NCBI GenBank assembly: GCA_038817885.1
Contig: JAWAZE010000003.1
Span: forward strand, 1,698 to 65,697
Source of the DNA: Candidatus Bathyarchaeia archaeon
GTDB lineage: Archaea; Thermoproteota; Bathyarchaeia; Bathyarchaeales; DTEX01
Direction of reading: 5' to 3'
Length of the DNA stretch: 64,000 nucleotides
Positions 58,721 through 64,000 of this stretch are shown piece by piece (the first letter of the stretch is position 1; each line of letters starts with the position of its first letter). A program made the position numbers and the translations under genes. A model generated the notes under the pieces. It was not told the DNA's origin. It did not search any database and worked only from the letters and a program-made list of their open reading frames with translations.

Positions 58721-60352
58721 ACGACTAAATATATTTTTGTTACCGGCGGGGTACTGAGCTCGGTGGGTAAGGGGGTTGTCACGTCCTCGGTGGGTAAAAT
58801 GCTTCAGTTCAGAGGATTTACTGTTACTGCAATAAAGATAGACCCGTATGTAAATGTGGATGCGGGGACGATGAATCCGTATGTTCACGGCGAAATATTT
58901 GTTACGGAAGATGGTGGTGAAACGGACCTTGATTTAGGGTGGTATGAAAGATTTCTAGACATTAATTTATCTAAGGAGAATAATATTACGACCGGGCAGA
59001 TCTATCAGACCGTAATTGATAAGGAGAGGAGGGGAGATTATCTTGGTAAATGCGTCCAAATAATACCTCACATAACCGACGAAATTAAGCGTAGGATACG
59101 CATGGTTGCCAAGAAATCTGGCGTTGATGTCGTCCTCACCGAATGCGGTGGAACTGTTGGGGATATAGAGGGGCTGCCATTCCTAGAAGCCATAAGGCAG
59201 ATGCGCCTAGAAGAGGGTTATGAAAACACGCTCTATATCCATGTAGCTTTAGTGCCGATATTAGATGTAACGTCGGAGATGAAGACTAAGCCGCTTCAGC
59301 ACAGCGTAAATGAGCTCCGCAGAATAGGTGTCCAGCCAGACATAATAGTATCTAGATGTACAAAAATGATTACGAAGGAAGCTCTTGAGAAGATCGCCCT
59401 ATTTGGGACAATACCTAAAGAGGCAGTCTTCTGCTCATATAACGTCCCAACAGTCTATGAGGTCCCCCTAATCCTCGATGGGCAGGGGATGGGAGACTAT
59501 ATATGTAAGCGCCTCGGCCTCACATCAAAACAAGTCAATAAGCATGAAATAGAGAGATGGAGGAACTTTGTTAACGCTTTAGAGAGCTGTAAATACACTA
59601 TAAAAGTGGCCCTCGTCGGCAAATATGCTGGTCTAGTAGATAGCTATGTCAGCATGAATGAGGCATTTAAGCACGCCGGCGCAGCCTGCAATACAAAGGT
59701 TATAATAGATTATATTGAGGCGGAGACCTTCGAGGAGGAGCCGGAAAAGATTACGATGCTTAAAAATTATGATGGAGTATTTGTTCCCTACGGATTCGGC
59801 CCGCGCGGCGCCCTCGGCAAGATAATGGCAATCCAATTCGCAAGGGAAAACAATATTCCCTTTTTAGGAGTCTGCTATGGATTCCAGCTCGCCGTTGTCG
59901 AGTTTGCAAGAAATGTCTGTGGACTAAAAGACGCAAATAGCACGGAGATCGATGAGAAGACCCCCCACCCAGTAGTCGATCTGATGCTGGAGCAGCACCA
60001 TATATCTTATAAGGGAGCCACCATGCGTCTGGGATCCCAAAAGATAATCATTAGGGAGGGGACGCTGGCCCATAGGTTATATGGCGCAAGAGAAATTTAT
60101 GAGAGGCATAGACATAGATATGAGGTGAATCCGGAATACGTAGAGATGTTGGAGAAGCATGGGCTCGTCTTCTCGGGAAGAAGCCCAGATGGGAGGCGGA
60201 TGGAGATCCTTGAGCTGCCAGATAAATTCTTCTTCGCATCACAATTTCACGGAGAGTTTAAGAGTAGACCTGGGAAGCCGAGCCCAGAATACTATGGCTT
60301 CGTTAAAGCCTGTCTCGACAGAAAGCTCGGTAAAGATAAACCAGAGTTTTAA
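58721..60352 (+). CDS. pyrG: CTP synthase (start codon unresolved; the first canonical start is GTG 58763)
   Basis: Full-length CTP synthase: KIDPYVNVDAGTMNP, GTVGDIE, GVCYGFQ, HRHRYEV. The conserved N-terminal strand T-KYIFVTGGVLSSVGKG is encoded from 58721, upstream of any ATG/GTG/TTG. See findings. Confidence 0.85.
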   Translation, partial: TTKYIFVTGGVLSSVGKGVVTSSVGKMLQFRGFTVTAIKIDPYVNVDAGTMNPYVHGEIFVTEDGGETDLDLGWYERFLDINLSKENNITTGQIYQTVIDKERRGDYLGKCVQIIPHITDEIKRRIRMVAKKSGVDVVLTECGGTVGDIEGLPFLEAIRQMRLEEGYENTLYIHVALVPILDVTSEMKTKPLQHSVNELRRIGVQPDIIVSRCTKMITKEALEKIALFGTIPKEAVFCSYNVPTVYEVPLILDGQGMGDYICKRLGLTSKQVNKHEIERWRNFVNALESCKYTIKVALVGKYAGLVDSYVSMNEAFKHAGAACNTKVIIDYIEAETFEEEPEKITMLKNYDGVFVPYGFGPRGALGKIMAIQFARENNIPFLGVCYGFQLAVVEFARNVCGLKDANSTEIDEKTPHPVVDLMLEQHHISYKGATMRLGSQKIIIREGTLAHRLYGAREIYERHRHRYEVNPEYVEMLEKHGLVFSGRSPDGRRMEILELPDKFFFASQFHGEFKSRPGKPSPEYYGFVKACLDRKLGKDKPEF

Positions 60353-60360
60353 GCAAAAAC

Positions 60361-60391
60361 TTAATTTAATTCCTGCCCATTTAATTTAATT
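60361..60391. repeat. direct repeat TTAATTTAATT (x2, 20-bp period) between pyrG and the sec61-beta gene; probable promoter/TATA region
   Basis: Exact 11-mers at 60361-60371 and 60381-60391. The second ends 17 nt before ATG 60409. Confidence 0.9.
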
Positions 60392-60408
60392 GGATTGGTG
60401 GCTGGGAG

Positions 60409-60585
60409 ATGAGTGGGAGGAGGGAGACGCGTAGACGGAGGGCTGCGCCCCCGCCAGCTACTGGTGCTGGGCTGTTAAGGTTTTTTGAGGAGGAAAGCTT
60501 AGGGATAAAAATTAAGCCGAGGATGCTGATAATCTTAACCGTTGCGTTCATCATAATATGTATATTAATTCAATTCTATGCGTAG
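60409..60585 (+). CDS. secG: preprotein translocase subunit Sec61-beta (SecG, archaeal)
   Basis: 58-aa ORF below the ORF-track cutoff: MSGRRETRRRRAAPPPATGAGLLRFFEEESLGIKIKPRMLIILTVAFIIICILIQFYA. It has a basic N-terminus, a GAGL-x-RFFEEE motif and a single C-terminal TM, as in Sec61-beta. Confidence 0.75.
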   Translation: MSGRRETRRRRAAPPPATGAGLLRFFEEESLGIKIKPRMLIILTVAFIIICILIQFYA

Positions 60586-60673
60586 TCTCCCCAATTTCCC
60601 AACATTGAAGTATCTTTAAATTTGGTCTCCTATATCACTGATATATTTACGAGAGGAGAGAATGGATTGAGAG

Positions 60674-62497
60674 ATGTCTCATAGAGAAACCATTAATCTC
60701 GCAGTTAAGTACTACTCCTCCCTTTTTCATCTCCCCTCCCTCAAACTTCTTCTCCTCACCTCATATTTAACAAGCCTATCCCTCGGCTTCCTCACCGGCT
60801 TATTCAGCAAGAATATTCAAGTAATCGGTCTGTTATCTGGAACTGCCTTCTTTTCTTTAACCTTACTCTCAGATTGCTTAATTTGTAGGTTAATGCTTAA
60901 GCGAGACGTGGTTTTAAGCGATCTTAAGAGAATAATCTTTCTCTCGGCTATGTCTAACCTTATATTTATTGTCTTCGCAATGGTCAGCCTACTAATTCAA
61001 CGTTTAAGCATAGACATTTACATCAAGGCACTTTCACTCGGACTTTTCTTAACGGCGTCCTTGCGCCTCCTCGTGATAGACACAATCTCCTTTAACAGCA
61101 AAAAATCTAAAATTATATCAAGCATAATTCAACCAACCCTCCTCCCAATCTCGGCGACCGCCCTTATAACGATTTTCAGCCAAGAGGAACCGTATTTCCT
61201 CAGCCTTCTCTGCCCCCCCTTTTTAGCACTAATATTTTCTATTTTAGGCGTATGGCTTTTTACAAAATCCCTAAATAAAGAGGGGAGGAGGGTGCTCGGC
61301 ATACCGTCGCTTGAAATAGCTAAAGCGTTTATAGCTAACTGGACCGAGGGCGTTAAAGAGCCGTTCGAAGAAGTATTAGAGAGACTAAGTATTGAGAGGG
61401 ATATCTCCATATCAGCATTAATATTTAGGGCAAAAAACGCCAATAGATTGAAGGCAATGATGATCGTCCCAAACATACATCCAGGACCATTCAAAAACGT
61501 TGGAAGTAGTCTCCTCCCAAGCATGATAAAGGAACATTTAGAAAAAGAGTTTCAATGCGTGGTTTCTGTCCCCCACGGGGTTTCCGGCCATGAACTTGAT
61601 TTACCCTCCCAAGCAGAGAGTGAAAGAGTCGTTAAGAGCCTGCTCAGCTCCTTGAAGAAAACGCATGATTTCTCCAGCAAGATAACTAAATTCTTTATGA
61701 TTGAGGGTGAAGGGGCTAAAGTTGGCTGCCAAATATTTAACGACTGCGTATTTATGACTTTAACAACTTCACCTGAAACTATGGAGGATCTACCGCTAGA
61801 GATTAATGACGCAATTGTTAAGAGGGCGGTAGAGCGCGGTTTTTCCTGCGCTATCGTCGTTGACGCGCATAACAGCACTAACGGGCCCTTTAACATGGAG
61901 AGGTCTGTAAGGGTTCTCGAAGAAACAGCCTACTTAGCCTTAGAGAGAGCAAAGCTGCTTAAACACGAACTATCTAGCGACATAAGGATCGGCGCTGGAG
62001 AAGTGGTTTTAAGTGATTTAGGGCTTAAGGAGGGGATGGGGCCGGGAGGGATAACAGCGATCGTCATAAATGTTGGTGGGCAGAGAACAGCCTATGTTAC
62101 TATTGATGGAAATAACATGATATCTGGCTTAAGGGAGAAGATTTTATCGAGTCTTAGGGAGGTCAGTGTGGAGGGCGGCGAGATTTTTACAACTGACACG
62201 CATGCCGTCAGCGCCGTTGTATTAAATAAGAGGGGGTACCATCCAGTAGGCGAGGCTGTTGATCATGAGAGGATAATTAATGAAGTTAAGAAAGCCGTAT
62301 ATAAGGCCATAGAGAGTGAGGAGCCGTCTGAGGTTGCATGGCGTAGAATAGATGTTCAGGGGGTTAAAGTGATCGGCGAGAGGAGAATAAGCGAGCTAAG
62401 CCTACTAACGGACAGCGTATTCAGAAAGGCAAAGAAAAACTCCATTATATTTGCCATTCTTGGAGCAGCCCTCACATTAATTTTCACAAAAATTTAA
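60674..62497 (+). CDS. polytopic membrane protein with large soluble C-terminal domain (possibly DUF2070-like)
   Basis: About 6 N-terminal TMs, a soluble domain of ~350 aa and a terminal TM. The family name is from memory only. Confidence 0.45.
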   Translation: MSHRETINLAVKYYSSLFHLPSLKLLLLTSYLTSLSLGFLTGLFSKNIQVIGLLSGTAFFSLTLLSDCLICRLMLKRDVVLSDLKRIIFLSAMSNLIFIVFAMVSLLIQRLSIDIYIKALSLGLFLTASLRLLVIDTISFNSKKSKIISSIIQPTLLPISATALITIFSQEEPYFLSLLCPPFLALIFSILGVWLFTKSLNKEGRRVLGIPSLEIAKAFIANWTEGVKEPFEEVLERLSIERDISISALIFRAKNANRLKAMMIVPNIHPGPFKNVGSSLLPSMIKEHLEKEFQCVVSVPHGVSGHELDLPSQAESERVVKSLLSSLKKTHDFSSKITKFFMIEGEGAKVGCQIFNDCVFMTLTTSPETMEDLPLEINDAIVKRAVERGFSCAIVVDAHNSTNGPFNMERSVRVLEETAYLALERAKLLKHELSSDIRIGAGEVVLSDLGLKEGMGPGGITAIVINVGGQRTAYVTIDGNNMISGLREKILSSLREVSVEGGEIFTTDTHAVSAVVLNKRGYHPVGEAVDHERIINEVKKAVYKAIESEEPSEVAWRRIDVQGVKVIGERRISELSLLTDSVFRKAKKNSIIFAILGAALTLIFTKI

Positions 62498-62596
62498 AAA
62501 TATGAAGAATGAAATAAGGAAAACATTATATCGTAGTTGTGTAAAAGATTAAAGGTGATTTAAAAGAGGATACGGCTAAAGGAGTAGAGATGCGCT

Positions 62597-62872
62597 ATGG
62601 TCGAAGAAAGCCAGGTGATGGTTGGAAAGAAGCCAGTAATGAACTACGTTGTTGCATGCCTCACAGCGTTCAACTCTGGTGCGAAGAAAGTAACTGTGAA
62701 GGCTAGGGGAAGGGCGATAAGCAGGGCTGTCGACGTTGTTGAGTTACTCCGCCGTGCCTTCTTGAAAGACCTCGCTATCGAGAAAATCGAGATAGGCACC
62801 CAAGAGATGAGCAGCCCCGATAGACCAAAAGTGAACGTCTCGACAATAGAGATATCGCTAGTAAAGAAATAG
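62597..62872 (+). CDS. albA: DNA/RNA-binding protein Alba
   Basis: VGKKPVMNYVVACLTAFNSGAKKVTVKARGRAISRAVDVVE is the canonical Alba core. 91 aa. Confidence 0.9.
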   Translation: MVEESQVMVGKKPVMNYVVACLTAFNSGAKKVTVKARGRAISRAVDVVELLRRAFLKDLAIEKIEIGTQEMSSPDRPKVNVSTIEISLVKK

Positions 62873-62910
62873 TGAAGTGACAAAAATCTCTTTTTTATTT
62901 TATTTTTAAT

Positions 62911-63777
62911 CTAAAAACCTGAGGGTTCCCTCTCTATTACAATAATCTGTGTTTTATTTCCCGAGTGTAGCTCAAATCTCCCATCGAAGCGCTCTCTGAC
63001 CCTCACCCAAAACGCTATGGCGTATTTTCCAACATGGGACTCTGAGAGGAGATCGGCGCAATTGTCCCAGAGTACAAGGGTTGCTTTGCCAGCCCTATCG
63101 GCAATCTCTGCGCGCCTCACTCTACCCTCCGCTCCATTTTGCCGTCTAAATATTGTTATTGGGTAAATCCGCTCAATTAAGCCAAGAACGTTAATGGTTT
63201 TTCCACTGCATTGGGGCAGCTCATCGATCTTCTTTGTGAATAGGGTTAGGGGTGGGTAATCGCTGCTTTTAACTCCCACAGGATTAATTTCCATTATGCT
63301 TCTTGGTCCAGCGTTTAATTCCAGATTTCCCCCCGCTCTACGCCTCACAGAGAGGCGTGATAACCTTACTATGTTATCTATTAGGCTTTCAGGGCTGGCG
63401 GAGGCGGCCTTATCATCCCATAGGATAATTTTAGCGACACCAGTATTATCAGCTATGCACATGTCCCTCTTCCCCCTCTCTACACCATCCAGCCGACTGA
63501 ACCTTTTTAACTGAGATACATATATTACCCGGCCAGTAACAGTGACGCTACGCAGGCCTGAAACGAGATCCTTAATCAGCATTTCATATCTAAGATTGGA
63601 CTCGATGGTGACGCCCATCTCGGCGGCCAATGATAAGGCGGCGCTCTCCCGCGTTAAAAAGCCTCCAGCCAACTTCACCTTCTCCTCAATCATCTTCATA
63701 AGATCCTCTCTAGTCAATTCAGGCCTCATGGAGAGGATTTTAGCGATGATGTATTCAAGTGTTGGGGGCATTCTCAA
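62911..63777 (-). CDS. OB-fold ssDNA-binding protein, replication protein A-like (two OB folds)
   Basis: Helical N-domain, then two repeats of the pattern V-x-GRV...R/G...ADxTG-x-I-LW (VTGRVIYV...IADNTGVAKIILWD; LGLIERIYP...IADRAGKATLVLWD). Confidence 0.5.
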   Translation of the reverse strand: MRMPPTLEYIIAKILSMRPELTREDLMKMIEEKVKLAGGFLTRESAALSLAAEMGVTIESNLRYEMLIKDLVSGLRSVTVTGRVIYVSQLKRFSRLDGVERGKRDMCIADNTGVAKIILWDDKAASASPESLIDNIVRLSRLSVRRRAGGNLELNAGPRSIMEINPVGVKSSDYPPLTLFTKKIDELPQCSGKTINVLGLIERIYPITIFRRQNGAEGRVRRAEIADRAGKATLVLWDNCADLLSESHVGKYAIAFWVRVRERFDGRFELHSGNKTQIIVIEREPSGF

Positions 63778-63854
63778 CCAACTAAAGTAGGATTAGCTGT
63801 GGGGCTATAAGAATATAACTCTGCTTTAAGAACTAATATTTTGGGTGACTGGAC

Positions 63855-64000
63855 ATGAATTTATCAGCAGTAAGCATTGTCGCCGGCTGGGCCATGATAA
63901 TAGCCGGGATAATAATATTTTTCGTAGCTATGATAATGGTTATTTTTGGGGCTGCTGGGAGGAGGGGGCTGAGGGGTAGGTTTAGGGGAGGGGGCTTAAT
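63855..64000 (+). CDS. partial ORF, small hydrophobic/Gly-Arg-rich membrane protein (runs off the window)
   Basis: ATG 63855, MNLSAVSIVAGWAMIIAGIIIFFVAMIMVIFGAAGRRGLRGRFRGGG... Incomplete. Confidence 0.3.
   Translation, partial: MNLSAVSIVAGWAMIIAGIIIFFVAMIMVIFGAAGRRGLRGRFRGGGL

Overview
This window is a compact, operon-rich archaeal chromosomal core. Archaeal hallmarks include class I LysRS, archaeal-type SAM synthetase, Alba, RpoP, Sec61beta, S3Ae, PriS, a DUF106/YidC-like protein and an A24 prepilin peptidase. I support about 70 protein genes and 2 tRNAs. The main gene blocks are: a ribosomal/Sec block (uS5-uL30-uL15-secY-DUF106-cmk); purS-purL-purQ and purB; a lysine/DAP operon (dapA-dapB-lysC-asd-lysA) with a divergent Lrp regulator; tyrA plus chorismate mutase; methionine-cycle genes (ahcY, archaeal MAT, MetE-like); glnA followed by two stand-alone RAM-domain genes and a homocitrate/isopropylmalate-synthase-like gene; and a methanofuran/H4MPT C1 cluster (fwdA-fwdC-mch, convergent with an FrhB-family F420 protein). 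Four aaRS genes (hisS, lysK, serS) and pyrG, acs, and an ABC-2 transporter with a NEW3-like surface protein are also present. I saw no CRISPR array, transposase, integrase or obvious mobile element. Points worth a second look: (1) a tRNA-His gene that only folds if two introns at non-canonical positions (D-loop and anticodon stem) are removed. (2) Three genes (fwdC, pyrG, an Lrp regulator) encode conserved, functionally required N-termini upstream of any ATG/GTG/TTG. fwdC is also in frame with fwdA across a single TAG. This implies near-cognate initiation (ATC/ACG/ATT), readthrough or frameshift, or sequence errors. (3) Candidate operators in the dapA/lrp, glnA/lrp and CBS-HTH/MAT divergent promoters. 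(4) An OTC-family enzyme with altered second-substrate motifs. (5) An AsnB-like protein without the N-terminal Cys. (6) Convergent gene pairs that share palindromic stop codons. All family assignments come from motif recognition by eye; no database search was run.
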